A DNA stretch of 60,087 nt, the filler included, from Sphacelaria rigidula (taxonomy: Eukaryota): NCBI GenBank assembly GCA_964200075.2. It is 6 parts of 6 records of this genome, joined end to end, with 100 filler letters (N's around TTAATTAATTAA, not from the genome) between each part and the next. Parts side by side here need not be neighbours in the genome. Positions count along the whole stretch, not along the records: positions 10,033 to 19,964 come from CAXNAA020007464.1; positions 20,065 to 29,995 come from CAXNAA020007465.1; 4 more parts are not named here. One strand, written 5' to 3'. This document shows, piece by piece, positions 11,470-25,445 of the stretch. Each line of letters begins with the position of its first letter. Within the stretch, counting starts at the first letter, position 1. A model generated the notes under the pieces. That model searched no databases. It was not told where the DNA came from and saw only the letters and a list, made by a program, of their open reading frames with translations. A program made the translations under genes and the position numbers.

Positions 11470-13569
11470 CTCCACTGTGTATCCGAACGGCTGCACGGCG
11501 GTCTTCATTTCCTCTTCAGCAGAGGTACCGGCAGCAGGAGTCAGCAATGCCGGCGGGGTCGTGTCGGCCGGCAGCTTTGACGGGAGCAACCCTGGGCCCA
11601 CATACACTGCGCCGCCGATATCGTGCTGTCGAGAAACAAAGGGTGAAAACGAGCCGTTGGCAGTTGGAAAGATTGGTGAGAGTTCATTACACCTGTCACA
11701 AACGAAAACCTGTTACATCTGCATGAAGACCCGCCGCTACGGCAATCAGGGAACACGACCTTTATGTTCGCATGTATACCGCCTAGCCGTGGTGTGGCCC
11801 TCTGTACCTTGAAGAGCCCAGAGGATAATGTTTTCTGGAACGTCTTCTCTGTATGATCATGCACCCCGACGGAGAGACTGGCATCTGAGAGAAAGAGCTC
11901 GATAGGGCGCCCGCCTTCAAGGGCGATCTCCAGCAGCTGCGTACTCTCGAACCCAACACCAAGCGTCGCCCTTGTTGGTGAACCTTCATGGACATGAAGA
12001 GGCAACGACGCTGGATTAACGACGCAGAAGTGAGACCTCGCGATCAGAGTGGTTGATTGTGAGGTTTGTCGCTCAACGAATGAATCAGCACCTTTCGTGA
12101 CACGCTACCCTGATAGAATAGTACATACAACGACCCGCTTGTCGCGTGACGAGTTGCCTTACGCTAGTATGAGGGAGAAAAAACAAGACCCAACAGTTTA
12201 GTGATCGAACATATCGGAGTAAAAAGTGGTATAGGACCGAGTGAACACGGTTTGAAAAACTACCAATCCATACAACTATCGACTATGACTGAACCGTCTG
12301 ACAACACCACGAGGGGTGGCTGCTGCCTTCCATTAACCGCCGGACGCGCCATCACCTCCAGACGAAGGTGCGCAACAATCCCGGGGGGAAAGAATTTTTG
12401 GGGCCGCCGGCCGGAGCTCCTTGCTTGTACGTCAACATCTCGGTGTGCCCGCCGCTGATCTTCTGCCAGCAGTCTGGCATTTTCCCCCTGATTGTGCTGC
12501 CGTAGGGGTCGTCAAATGTGACCCTTTGATTCACCGTGAAACATTTCCCCTCTTGCTCTGACCGTTTGTGGGCCACCATGATAGCTTCGTGATGCGGGTA
12601 GAAATAGAATTTCTTTTCTCTCTTCCGAGAGCCCCCGTGGTTGCTGGAATATTCGATGAGGACAGGGTCTTCTTCGAGCGCCATGGTGTGGTCTTGAGTG
12701 ATGGCGTCTGTGACGTGGTGTAGACGGGTCGGCGACAGCGAGGGCCGGGGCAGGGTAGGGCGGTCGGGCGGGGGGGGGGAGGGGGGGGGGGGGGGCATAC
12801 TCGTTTTTTTCTTGCCTTCGCCATTTGACCATTGACCGCGCGACACTTAGTCGGAGCACCGTTCCTACACCTAATAAATACCTCCAACATTTGGGCACTC
12901 ATGACGTTTCTGCCACACATGACACAAAATTCTTTACAGATCTTATCCCCTTCTTGCTTCACCTTCTGTGGCCACCATCTATCTCCGGGTATAGCGATCG
13001 TTTTCTCGCTACAATTCTTAGTACCAAACGATTCCATGCCACCGTCATTTCAATCCCGCATTTCCCCCTCTATGTATTGCGTGTGCGGTGGTACCTCTGA
13101 TTCGATTTCCATGCGGAAACCATGGCCGCGGCACGGCAAATGCGATCGTCCCCAAAGGATGCAAGGCACTCAGCAGTTTGCCCACGAGCCGCTTGAAGTA
13201 TCTCTTGACGTGGTCGTCCGTTAGTGTCAGGATGCTTTTCTCGGCATCCAAGGAGACGAGGATAAGCTTCGGATGGCGTGCCACAGCCAGTGAGTCGCCT
13301 CCATCGATGAGCTCACACCCTTTACGGAGTAGGTTTACCGCGTGCGTGGTAGAATCATTGCGCCTGCGCGAAAAAATAAAGGCCATTCCACACGGTACAT
13401 ATCGATATCCGACGGAAGAACGCGGGTGAAGCGCGATTCTGAGGCAGACAACAAAATCACCGTCGAAACACGCACCCTACCAGACGGGGCAGTATTACGT
13501 ATTTCCGCTTACATATTTATTAGCCTGCAGTTAACACCGACTCCCTTTGATGAATGATGAATAATGACC
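11470..13569 (-). CDS. Spliced orphan gene, possibly partly pseudogenised; exons 13569-13513, 13438-13095, 12707-~12356, ~12010-11808, 11625-11470
   Basis: GT-AG introns with pyrimidine-rich acceptors. Three junctions are phase-consistent and join open frames (LINI|IALHP, NRIR-D|AITQD, SGLFK|HDIGG). The junction into the ~12010 exon does not reconcile. Confidence 0.6.
12796..13075 (-). mobile_element. 5'-truncated LINE 3' end inside an intron
   Basis: Encodes SEKTIAIPGDRWWPQKVKQEGDKICK, homologous to 30603-30890. Abuts the G-run at 12770-12795. Confidence 0.8.
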
Positions 13570-16500
13570 CTGTAGAGGAGACTATGAAGTGATTCAACTG
13601 CGGGTCCTGGCACCTTAACCCGCTCGAGGATGAGACACTAAAAACATGGGATAGGCGATTGCCTGTGATCCCCTTCTGTTTAGAAGCAAAGCAAGCCCCA
13701 AACGATCTCTGAGAGCAATATTCGCCGCTTGATAGTGAACTCCACCATTGCTGACAACTGAATGCAACATCAACCACCTTTCACCAAGGATGACCTACAT
13801 GCTACACGTAGTGCTCATTGCGTGCTCCTCTTCTGCAAAGCTATAATCGACTCAAGAAGCAAAAGGTATGCATGATCTCGTCGTGAGACAGAGCTTAGAT
13901 TACTAGTGTAGCCGTAGCAAGCTGTAATTCGGGGTCCCAAGATGCCTTGCGTACACGAAGCAACCCATCTAGAGGCTACCTTCCACACCTAACCAATGCA
14001 TAACTTTTTTCTGCGACATGTTGCCTAATTTGAGAGAGCAGGAGAGGCAAGCGCAATCACTCCACATCAAATTTACCTCCGCTGAGGCTACATATGAGCA
14101 TTGTAGTTTTTGACACTGCGTTCGTCGCTGTGAGAAATTTTGCAAGGCAAACAGTGTTGTTTACTATCTGTTCAAATGTTCAAACCGCCAGAGGGTGTTG
14201 GCTGTTGCGTATTGAGTGATCAAGCAAGGCGCCTCCCGACCCAGTCACCGCAATGCAGTAGTTGTTGCCGTGCCGTAGTGCATCTAAACTCTTAACGGCG
14301 ACCTCGATGCGATGTGCGCTGAAGAGCGCGTGAGCAGTTGTAATGCTGCATGCTCTGTTTCCGTCCGCACAGAATCGAGGTGGGGTTAAATTGCGGCAGA
14401 ATCAATTTTTCAAACAATGAGGTGACGAGTCTGCAGCTGTGTGTTCGATCTGTAGTACTATACTCGTAGTACCGCAGAAGGCACGCAAGACAGGTGCATG
14501 CAGGTTGAAGCAAAAAGATTGAACCAGCACGGAGCTACTGTATCCTCGGTGATTGTTGGTAGCAGCTGTCTGCTTCACAGCAGCACAGTTTTCGGGTCCA
14601 GGGTCAGATTTATGCTTATCAACGTCTTGGCAAACTGCCCTACAGGGTCCGCAAATTGGCGTTTGTCGGATGGGCAACACGACTGTTGTTTTGTTCTTGT
14701 TGGCTTACTTTCATGGTAAACAAACATCAGTTATCTCACATGATTTAGACGTGGTCGCATAAGACATCACCCTAGCAAACAAAGGCATACAACGAACCTT
14801 GCCAGTGGTGGCGGGATCACCTTTCCTAACCATGCTATTTATCCAGCATCAACATCGCAGGGCTGGTACCTGTGTCGGGCACGAATCAGGTTCTACTGCC
14901 ACAATCAGTTGTCCCCCCGCACAGAAACGCTTATATATGCCTTCTGACTGATCGATACGAGTAATCGGTACACTGTATTACAGTATGCAAGCTTAGTCGA
15001 TGAGCCGACAGTGCATCTCGAGAAACATCGAGCTGGGGTAAGCAACGGTGACTGATAGTTACCCACGGCTCTGTGTTCTCACACGACTGGCAAGTCAAAC
15101 ATGTGCGGTGCAACTATAGACTACACGGAAAATACAGAGCAGCATGATGAGAACTGTTTGTGCACAGTAGATATTGGGACATCGTTCCAGCTTTGAACCT
15201 AGAACACTACCCAGGCATACGAAGTATGCAAATCAAGGGGTCACTCGCGCGAACTGAACAGAACGGATATACTTTTTTTGTTTTGTGCGAGTCCATGAAC
15301 ATATATTTTCCCAGGCAGCGGCAACGATCAACTTTCGCATGAAAAGAGACTCATTACAAACCTCATGTGTAATATATGCATGCTATCCACATGGTGCACA
15401 CTTGACGAATCCATCAACATAAAATTTTAAGCCAAATGTCAAAATACACCTTACATGCAACGCACAAAATAGCAGTAATCGCCGCCGCCATCGAAAAAAT
15501 TGTTCGTAACTCCCATGAAAAAAAACGGTATATCCGGTTGTACTCTCACACAAGCGACCCACACGCCGTATTCTGCCCCCAACCCTTCACGTGCTGGAGG
15601 GTCCTTCTTTTCAGGCTATAAGCGCGTAAGTGTCTATTACAAATATGAGTCCCCACATAGCTCCTACGACAGTGTAACGGACACAACGATCGACTTGACT
15701 CACATCCAGTGCAACGCGTATTCTTCCGTGCACGATATTGCCCGAACAGGGATACATTGATTGCTTGCGAGACTAATCGGAACTAATGAAGTATTTTTGT
15801 ATGCGAGATATGACCTCAGTTTGTTTTTCCTCCTTCCTTATTTTTCTTCCCTTCTTGGACATGAACGGTAATGAAACGACATGCACCTAGGTCATTGTCC
15901 CCCTCTGAAGCGGCATGTAACACACGATGCTCACCCATCCCATCAACAACCATGAAACGCCAATCAATTTCAACGGCTAACATGTCAACATTCTGTGTCG
16001 GGCAACGCGATCAACAGACCACAGATCCCAACAACAAAAAAATAAAAAAAGGAGAAAAAAGGAAATAGCTCATGTCCCGCACAAAATAAATCATTATTCA
16101 GGATCGTTTGCCGCAAGCAATCCTCACGCAGCGTTTCATTTTTTTTTGGCATTTTTTTTGGCATTTTGTTTTAGCCTCACTCTTGATTTCTGCTTTCATT
16201 TTGTTGCACGTCGATACACGACCGACTCAGACTCAGACTATATATCACCGGCTGAGCAAGCATCGACTTGAGTGGAATTCTTACTCTTTTTTTTTCTTTT
16301 CTTCCCATCTTTTTTTTAGTGGAATATTTGAACCGTCGGCATCATAGTAGGTCGCTCACCAGCGCTGAATAGAACTGGTATACGCTTGTCTAATATGGGA
16401 TATGAATTCAGTCTTTTCTTCTTTTTTTATCAAGAAAGCGGCGATGAAAATATTTTTCATATACAGAACCGACATGTGCTTCACTTACAGTATATACTAC

Positions 16501-16689
16501 ATGATGCATGATTATCCCACCTTCACCCATGAAATGTCAAACAACACACAATGTCTACTCACATGTGAAAATATGCAGTGGAACGCGATTGATATACTAC
16601 ACCGACGCCGCAACAACAAAAAAACAAAAGAAGAAGGATTGGCTCATTTTCCGCATTAAAAACACGATACATCCAGGTCTGCGCGCCTG

Positions 16690-16880
16690 CGAGTAACCTC
16701 CGTACATGAGATATATTTTTTCTTTCGCCATGCAGTTGAGGAAATCTATGCACAAGCCAACCCTCCACAGGTCTACTCCCTACCAGGTAAACCCTGCCTC
16801 GAGTTGGGGCGCCAAATGACAGGTACAATGATGGGTGACTCGATCAGCTCCCACCCATCCATTTATCGGGAGATTTTGTT
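16690..16880. repeat. Probable SINE-like dispersed repeat
   Basis: Resembles, from memory, an abundant brown-algal short repeat (ccctccacaggtctactccctacc...ggggcgccaaatgacagg). Single copy in this window. Confidence 0.35.
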
Positions 16881-19149
16881 TTATCCATTCTTTTTCCTTT
16901 TGTAGTAACGTCCCAGAGCCCTTCTGTGACTACCGCGAACTATACCATTATCAGTACCGCACCACAAAACGATTGTGCATGCGACCTTGAGCACAACACG
17001 ACACACGCAACAAGACACCCGGGAGTCCGTCCAGCAACACAGGTAATATCACCCAGTTCAGGTACGAGTCGAGACAGGGAACAGAATCGGGAGGGTATCG
17101 TGGCAACGTGTACTGGCAGTTCTATCCTCAAGCCCTAGTGCCAAGATTGTTAAATCATTTTCAAAATAAAAAAGGGGGCGATGAAAAACTGTTTCCCACT
17201 GTTGCATCTCATGCAACAACAGCTTCACGATCACGAGCACTGAAACTTTGGAGAAGAGTACATGTGATGACCACAATATACGCTGAATTGCCACTCATCC
17301 GCAATACTCTTCAGGCTTTTCCCGCGACCACCCCTGCGTCCGGCTTCACACCTTACCGACGCTCTCGCTGCCCGTACACCATAGGGGTTCATCCTTGCGG
17401 TGATAGTTTAGCTTTTGGGAACTCTGACATTGTATTTTGTGCTCAACCTTGCTGACTATATTTTATCGTGCGTGTGTTTGTCACCGTTGTGTTTTCGCTT
17501 GTACTGCATCACCGGATATCATTTGTGCGGTGACCGTTTTTGTTCTAGAAAACACGATTTTAGTGGGTCTCGCATATTTTGTATTTTGGGATTTTATTCG
17601 CAGTGCATATTCTACACACGTACAATTCCTCGCTTACTGGTGTCTATACTTATTGCATATGGTGATGGAGTCCTTTTCGTACCCTTATTTATATCACAAG
17701 TTATGTGTCGAATTCAGTGCTCGACACGGAACGAGTCAATACGCGACAGGAGTGACAAGACCAGGGCATCCTCTTATCTTCATGTACTCAGTGCTCCCAA
17801 CTGCTGACCCTGGCTGACCTTACACTTTATTACCTTCATCCCACACCCTTGTCCTGGGTATATGTGTCATCACCGAGAGAAACGGCGCTAAATGCAGTGG
17901 CGACCGTCCATCCCCCACCAGGCCACGCCGGGACGCGGAAGCACGGTACATCGAGAACGATCTGTGTCCGCGTTGAATACAATCTAGTGGTTTTCTCGAT
18001 TGTGTGATTGATGTACGTCTTTTGTTTCATAGCAGGACTAACTGCTAGGTGTGACTGAACACAGAGTATCTTATCACATATTGCCAAGGGCTACGATGAT
18101 CGCTTTCGTAACAGTCGCTCCCGCCAATAGTCCATGTTGCGTGCCACGCTTCACTCTGGTGTCGCAGTGTTTATCTCGAGCGTGGATGCTTCTATGTTTC
18201 ATTTATTTTATTATGCTGCTTGCGCTCTACCTTCACACTCACGAATGGCAACCGTTTCTTCTTGAACAGTGTGGTATATCGAGACCGTATCGCGACTCTA
18301 TCGTGACGACCTATCGTCGAAATACTGGTATCCGGCACAATATCTTGTCACATTACGGTCAACTCAGGTGCTCTTTTTTAGTGTAAATTTATCCTAGATC
18401 TATTCATCGAGCCATTCTTCTAGTTGCCATCTTACAGCTCATGTGTTTGGGTGTTGGGGAGGTATGTTATCCTTTGGCTGTACTGTTCACAAGATTTGAG
18501 GAAGATCCGCCCCATAGCGTTTCATGTCTGCAGATGTTGAACCAGATATAGTCGCTTATTGCAGTAATTGTCAGGAGTGTTGAACACCAGTGGGTTGTGC
18601 TCCGAATTCGTTTAGTTTCATATTTCAAACCCCCAACGCTATCAGCACTTTCCCCCATTTATTTAGTGCAGTTGTTAAAAGTTAATGGCAAAAACAAAAG
18701 GGGAGAGGAAAGAAACAACAGTCCCCAAGTTGACCGAACACGAGCTGCTCTGTTCAACGACACGAAGAGGGAAGACTCGAAGAACACTTTTCAAAGTGCT
18801 ACATCTGGGACGATCAGTGTCTGTTGTGGGTATTGGTGATGAGCATATGTCAACTTCAGTCATCCAGCGACAACTGATATGTGACCTGACAACACTGGTA
18901 CACACTAAATACGCGCACACTGAATTAACACACACCGTGCGATTTTGCCGGGTCATTTCTGCTCGAACAGTACGAACAGAGACTACCTCGAGTACGCTCG
19001 ATCATACGGGTGCAGACGCTGGAAAAAGGTCGGTCTCAACTTATAACGATGGTAAAGAATTGCCTTTTGTAGCCCTGATTTGGAGATTGACTTCCAGCAC
19101 ACTCACTGCATATGTACACCCGGTATTCGATACATACCACAAGTCATCG

Positions 19150-19870
19150 ACTGGGCACCAAAACCCTTTTGCCCGCCCCCGCCCGACAAAAGAGTCGATA
19201 CTGGTAGCCTGCACCCTAATATTGATCCGGTGTGAGACGTTCGTCAAGCCTAAACTAATTTGCAGCCAAAAAGGGGGGAGCCCCGCAGCAGCATGAGTGA
19301 GGTATTTATGTAGGTGACTTGAGTTATCAATGGACTACCTACCCGCAAATCACCCAGGAGGTCAAGGTACCGTTGAGAGGGCGGGGGCATGGATGCATGA
19401 TATATTGTCCGGCAAGTGGGGCGGGTACGTAGATCCAACGTGTTGGACTAAACTTATATTCCCGGATCTATCCGTCCCTTCCAACATACCCCCATCTCAA
19501 ACCCTCTTCGGCCGTACTCTCCCGGCTGCCCTAGACACTCTTGTACAACAAATGGGCGGCACTGACACCGCGTTATGTCTCGAGATTTTCGTGAAACAAA
19601 CGTTGAAACGTGAACTAGACCAGGTTAAGGTAGTCCTAGAAGCCAAGCAGGTAAACAAGCAAACGGCCCGGCAGAGACGGAGTGCAAGCATCATAAGACA
19701 CGTCCCGGGAACGTCGGCGATAGAGTAGAGACAGGTGAGCTATACGGTTACTTTGGTCCATACGAGCGCGTGAGATACCCGTACGACGAGTGGCTGGAAT
19801 TCAGCTGGCGGGAACTGCCTTAAAGTAGCAGTTTAGAGTGAGAGGTATCCAGCACACACCGACAACGGGT
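19150..19870 (+). pseudogene. Ty3/Gypsy integrase remnant
   Basis: PFARPRPTKESILVA..YLCR*L..DYLPANHPGGQGTVERAGAWMHDILS..PSQTLFGR, an rve core C-terminal half with internal stops. Confidence 0.75.
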
Positions 19871-19964
19871 TGCAAACTATAGGTAGCAGAAGCCATGCCA
19901 CCAGACGCGCACCCCCCCCCCCCCCCCGGCGCGGGCGTGCCGAGGGAGAAAACGCTGCAGGGGG

Positions 19965-20064
19965 NNNNNNNNNNNNNNNNNNNNNNNNNNNNNNNNNNNN
20001 NNNNNNNNTTAATTAATTAANNNNNNNNNNNNNNNNNNNNNNNNNNNNNNNNNNNNNNNNNNNN
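19965..20064. other. Artificial scaffold spacer
   Basis: 44 N + TTAATTAATTAA + 44 N. Confidence 0.98.
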
Positions 20065-20830
20065 AAATGGACACAATCCCGGGGAGCGGTTGATTCTCAT
20101 TTCAAAATACGTCCTCATTTTTCTGGCAACCCTGTTATCCGGCTTCGAGCTGACCACGGGTGAGCTGGTCCACAGCGAAAGAGACTTTGAGGCACTGGCT
20201 TTATTTTCTGCGTGTATTAGTAACTTTGTTCTGACTAGCTTCGATTCCCTGGGAGTCTATTACATATTGCTGTGAGAGAAGCTTATGTACCAAGCAACCC
20301 CTGACTTGCTGAGCAGCACACAAGGATTCTTTGATGCCAGACACGTTTGCAACTCAACCCTTTTACCACTTGGGGTGTCTACCACTACCACAACACCTCT
20401 GACGGGGTTTTGCTGTCAGGAATACCCCTAGAGGGGGGGCACTTTTTAATCCTCTAGAAGCTCTTGCGAAAATAACATTTACTGTTTAGCAGCATTAAAA
20501 AGAACAACGTCGTCTGGCATCCTCTGGTGGCAAGCTTCCAACTACATCCTCTCTAGTAGGAGCGCAATAATACTCGAGCGGGTGCTGTGGCAAGCGTATC
20601 TTCTGCCGCTGCTGTCTTTTCTGAATTGCTCAAGAAAAAAGTATCGGTTTCTGTTCTTCTCTAGTGGCTCGCTGAAACGCTTAGTCTTCACAGGGTTTGC
20701 ACTGAATTTTACCCATGACATTTTTCACTGGCCCAACATGTTCTACTTGATTGCCTCCCTTCAATACTTTCCGTGCCACCGTGCTACGTCGTGTTTACTA
20801 TCGCTGTACGCCTTCAAAATACCCCCCTAA

Positions 20831-23140
20831 TAGAGGATCCTGAAAAATGAGGTTGAACACTCAAATGGGGTTGAAGTTTCCTTCCGACAAGCCACGCATT
20901 ACGTGAAACACTTTTGCATAAACAACTAACTGAGGATATATTTCGTCTGTTGAAGTTTCCTCTGGCTTGCCTTGTCGCGCATTGTTCCTCCGGTGTCTTA
21001 ACCCATATGTATCCCCTTCGCACGATTGAAACAGCTCTCATCAGATGCTTTGGTCGGTTTCCTTCGGGTTTCATCAAAACCTGCCCCAGAGTTTTCTCCC
21101 ATTCTGCCGAAATGATGAAAGTGGGAACACTTTCATGAGTAAAGTGCCACCTTCGGTGTTTCGGAAACGAATTCCCGTTGCTGGGAAAGATTTGTTGATG
21201 TAAAAAAAAGAAATCCCAAAGCTGGAAGTATCCCTGCCCTTTGCGAATTTTCCTAGGACTCGAAAACCCCTCCGACACATTTTTCTTCGAGGATGAAGGA
21301 ATGTGAGGAAAAAGCGTCTTCCCTCACGTGGTGAGAGCCACTTTGAATGTACGAAAGCACACAACAACCAATCGTCAAAATAAGGTTGGATACAAAAATG
21401 AGCTCCGAATGGCATAGCCATTTTTCAGCAATGGTGCGAAATAGTTATGCTGAGGATAACCATCTTCCCCCAAAACAATCTTTAGCAGTTATTACGCAGG
21501 TGTAGCAAGGTGCATCGAACGAATGCGGTGTATACGCGTGTCGATGACGATATCGTCAGAGAGGGGAGCAACGGCGGAGAGGACACTCCTCGCCGATGTC
21601 CTTTGTGCGTCGTCGTTCGGCGATTCCCAATCGTTGGAGAGATTGGCATCATTTTACCGTCACATACTCAATTTACCATGTGTCGACAGGCGGGTTAATC
21701 CCCACGGTTGTCATCTCCTGTCTGTGACGCTGACCAGTGCAAAGATCGATTCCTGTCTGCCTCTCTGCTCAGACAGGACGTACCTCTGTGCACAGTTATG
21801 CCCGTGAATCAAGGCCTTACCGACCAAACATCCGTTGCCTACAAAAAATGAAATTAATGCAGACGGGTATTTAAGACGTACTGAAGACGTCATTGACCAG
21901 TCAGTCCTGCGCCGAACCTCTACCAAACCTCTGCCGAACATAATACACGCTCCATCCCGAGCTGCCTAAGTTTAGTATGCGACAGCTGTGAATTATTCAT
22001 CGCTACTATCTCGAGACAGGGAGCAAACCGGTCTCTAGAATTTCACAGCCCCTCGCACACACATTAGACGTAGTGGATTTGACAAGCGTAGTTGCTCATT
22101 CGCCACAGCGGATCCGAAAAGCCCCGGGACGTTGCAGGCTAGGCGTTTTGCAGTACATTTTGTCTTTGGTGCAGCGGTTTGCGAAGTGCTGCGTCCTCCG
22201 CGGCACGCGTACGGAAACCTCTTGTCAAATTCACTAGTTCTGGTGTGTGAAGAACGCACGCATCAAACCGCAGCCTACTCCTCTGCGCCATTGTTGAAAT
22301 AAGCGCAACAACATACTGCAACAAAAAGGGCACAACAATAGCACGAGCAGCAGCTTTTATCCTCCTGTCGTTGTAACCCTGTGTACAGGTGTACAGCAAC
22401 GTCAGTCACAGGTGTGTTGTAGATTGTACTATAGCGATAATACATTTTGTACGGGCGCTGTCGTCATTTCGAGTGACGCGTCTACTTGTGATTGATACTG
22501 ATCGGCTCATTTAGGTTTCATTTCTTCTGCATTCAACTGACTGTGGAGTTGGTCGGTCCATTTTCCCGGTATATAGTGCCCAAAATCGGGCCCCATTCAC
22601 GGGCATACCAGTGGAGCACGTCGTCGAAAAGCAGGGCGATATTCCCGTCGCCGCTACTGTCCTCTCACACACATGCGAGCAAGGACGGTTGCGCCGTTTC
22701 GCCAAGATCGAATAATCGCAAGCTGCTGGGTATTGTTGTAATCGTTGATATTAACCGACGTCTGCAAAAAAGGACAAGAGTCTGCCACATCCCGGTTGGG
22801 GAGATGTGTGAGAAATCAAATACTCGTGTAGCGGCGATGTTCCCGTCACCGCCACCGTTCTCTCACACACACATGCTAGCAAGGACGGTGTAGCGGCAAT
22901 GACAAGATCCAATCGTAGCTTGGCGGGGGGTATTATTGTCGTGGTTTATCTTACCCGACCTGTGTGTTCACAAGGACACTTGTTCCACATCCCCCCAGTT
23001 GTGGGAATGTATGAGAAATCAAACACTCGTACAGATCTTCTTGGCGTGCGGAGTAAAGGAAGGTTCCTCTGGCGGTGATCTAACTGTTGCTGGCGTGACT
23101 CATGGGGAGACAGCCACGCTGCAATCTGAGCTGCTCTGAT
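20831..23140 (+). mobile_element. Dispersed repeat (putative non-autonomous hAT-like element) with internal insertions
   Basis: Segments 20831-20877, ~21400-21790 and ~22620-23140 are colinear with the reverse complement of 50330-51102. The shared left end is (T/C)AG(A/C)GGATCCTGAAAAATG. Confidence 0.65.
22636..23032. repeat. Tandem duplication, 2 x ~200 bp
   Basis: gcgat(a/g)ttcccgtc..cacacacatgc..gcaaggacggt ... gagaaatcaaa(t/c)actcgt occurs twice. Confidence 0.75.
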
Positions 23141-25243
23141 GTACAACAGGTCGGCCGCTCACTAGGTTGTGTGTGTGCGTATGTGATGCAAAGGCACAAC
23201 ACAAATGCCATGCGAGGCCGTACTAAGCTGAGACGACATCGGCTTATGGTTCCACCGGAAAAAAGGGCGTTCCATGACCAAGCACTTGCCGTTGCATTTG
23301 TGACCCACGCCGTCAAAAAGCGCCGGCCGCCAAGGTAGCTAGCGTGGACGTGTGTCTCTCTGGCGTAAGCGACAGCCTGTATCAGCGCGTCGCTTCCTTT
23401 CGGAGGTATCCCGCGCGCCTGCTTTGCGCTGGCTTGGTGCTTGCTTGTGGGAAGTCCATCGACGACGGTTGTATATGTTCGCGTTAGGTGTTCCCCCCGG
23501 CTCTCCTGTTCTACGTACGTCAAGGCTTGCTTTCGAAGGTGTATCGTGTGCCTGCGTCATATCGACTTGGTGCTTGTAGATATACGATCGTGTTTAGCTT
23601 TTTGTTTTCCTGTTTTCCCCGCCCCCCCCGTTCTATTCAACGGCTTCACTGCCCCTACCTGCTGCCTAATGCTGTATACTGTACGATCGATCACCGCAAA
23701 AAGAAGGACAAACACAGCTTGGGCGTAACGGATGCGCCCCAATGCCTAACCCGATATAATGAATAATAATAACGCAATGGCACAGTCAGTGAAGTGTAGC
23801 CAAGGGTACTTACTCAGACTGCCCGCCGTCCTTGTCATAATGAGTCTGTAGTTCCGGAACACGATGCCCGTTCCAGTATCAACCACCCAGACAAACTGTC
23901 AACATGAGAGGGGTTAACACCAAGAAGGGGAGATTCCGCACAGCATCCGCTCCATTTTCGGAAGGAACATTACGCCAAATACCGCCGCGGTAGGCAACAG
24001 ATGTATTACATCTGTTTCCCATGTTCAGGGCTTTCGTTCAAACTGTGGATCTTTGCTAAAGTCCTGGTATACCGAGATATATAACCGCATATGATTGGCA
24101 CCAAATCACACGCACACTGAAGAATAGATGGGATGACAACACACACACTGCACACTGCACCAGGCTCGCCGCACCACACTGACCAGATTTATTGCTGTTC
24201 GTGATGCAGAAAATGACACAAGGTTTGCGTAATTTAATTCAATGTGAGGAATCTGTACCAACGTTTATATGTGGGGCGGCGGAGCTGGACAGCGGGAGCG
24301 AATGGGAGACGTTTTTATTTGAACCTCTCTAGCAGTATCGATAGTACAGGCATCTGAAAAAATGTCCGTCTAACTGTAGACTTTGTCGACAGTTCAGCAC
24401 AGCGGTTGGCAGTCATCATCGAAGGTATATCCGGTTGAACGATACGAGACCGCCTGTGGCTTATCCTTTATTCATGCCGCGTCATGTACTGTCGTCCTCC
24501 ACGCCGTGACCACATTTCGGCGCAGGATCGAGGGGTCCCATATCGAGAAATCCATGAGCCACCCCCTCTTTCGCCGCACAAACCTCATTCTGGGGTTGGA
24601 GGACGGGAGGGGGGTGGGAGGATACCCAACCTCATGAGGGGGTACCCCCCGTGATCGCTGGATGATGGCGATAGTAGTTGCTGTACTGCACCGCACGTGT
24701 TTGCCTGTAACATCGGCCTGCGCCGGGTGTACCGAAACGGTAGGTGGTACTGTAGGGGTAAGTCGAAGCAAGTAAAGAAGAACATGTCCGCAGAAGCAGG
24801 GAGTGAAGGCCAAGGCGCTGAGGGTACCGGCGCTGGAAGTGTGCCGTAGATTCCAGAAGTGTTGCAAGGGGTGAACGTGAAATGGGCACGCACGCCTGGC
24901 ACCCAGGAGTTTGCATGGATCTGCCGTTGCGGGCATCACAATGTATTAATATCACGTTAATTACATTTCATGTGTTGGATATTCTTTTTCGCAACGCCAC
25001 GGCCAAAACATTCCCATTCGCAACTTCTCCCTCTCTTGTGTCGCAGTGCAGTATCAATTGCGATATGTAGATATAGGCGTTGTACGAACATGACTGTCTG
25101 CCCACACCGGGCCAAGTACGTGATTCTCTGCAACTGACACGTCGTGCACGTCTATAATATCAGAACATTTTCGTATCGGCTGGTGACACCACATAGTCAA
25201 CTTGCGAGTACTGCATGTACGTTTCAGTCATTCAGTAGAGCCG

Positions 25244-25445
25244 GTCGCCCCGGTGGCTCAGTTGGTAACATCGAAACCTTCTGACAGTTGGGTCGCGGGT
25301 TCAATTGTCGGAGCGATCTGGGATTTTTTCTCACACAATGCCCAACAGTAGAGAGCGACCATGTCGTGGGTACACACAATTCGACCTAACGGTCGACGAG
25401 GGAAAGGAACTGCTAAAGCCCTCTCGCAATAAAAAATAAAGCCAT
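25244..25445 (+). mobile_element. tRNA-derived SINE
   Basis: A box GGTGGCTCAGTTGG and B box GGTTCAATT. The body matches the copies at 56061 and 56404. Confidence 0.8.

Noticed and set aside
14400..15130. Cys-rich KDZ/CxC-type transposase fragment
   Set aside because: Only scattered cysteines across frames with stops; no diagnostic motif could be supported.
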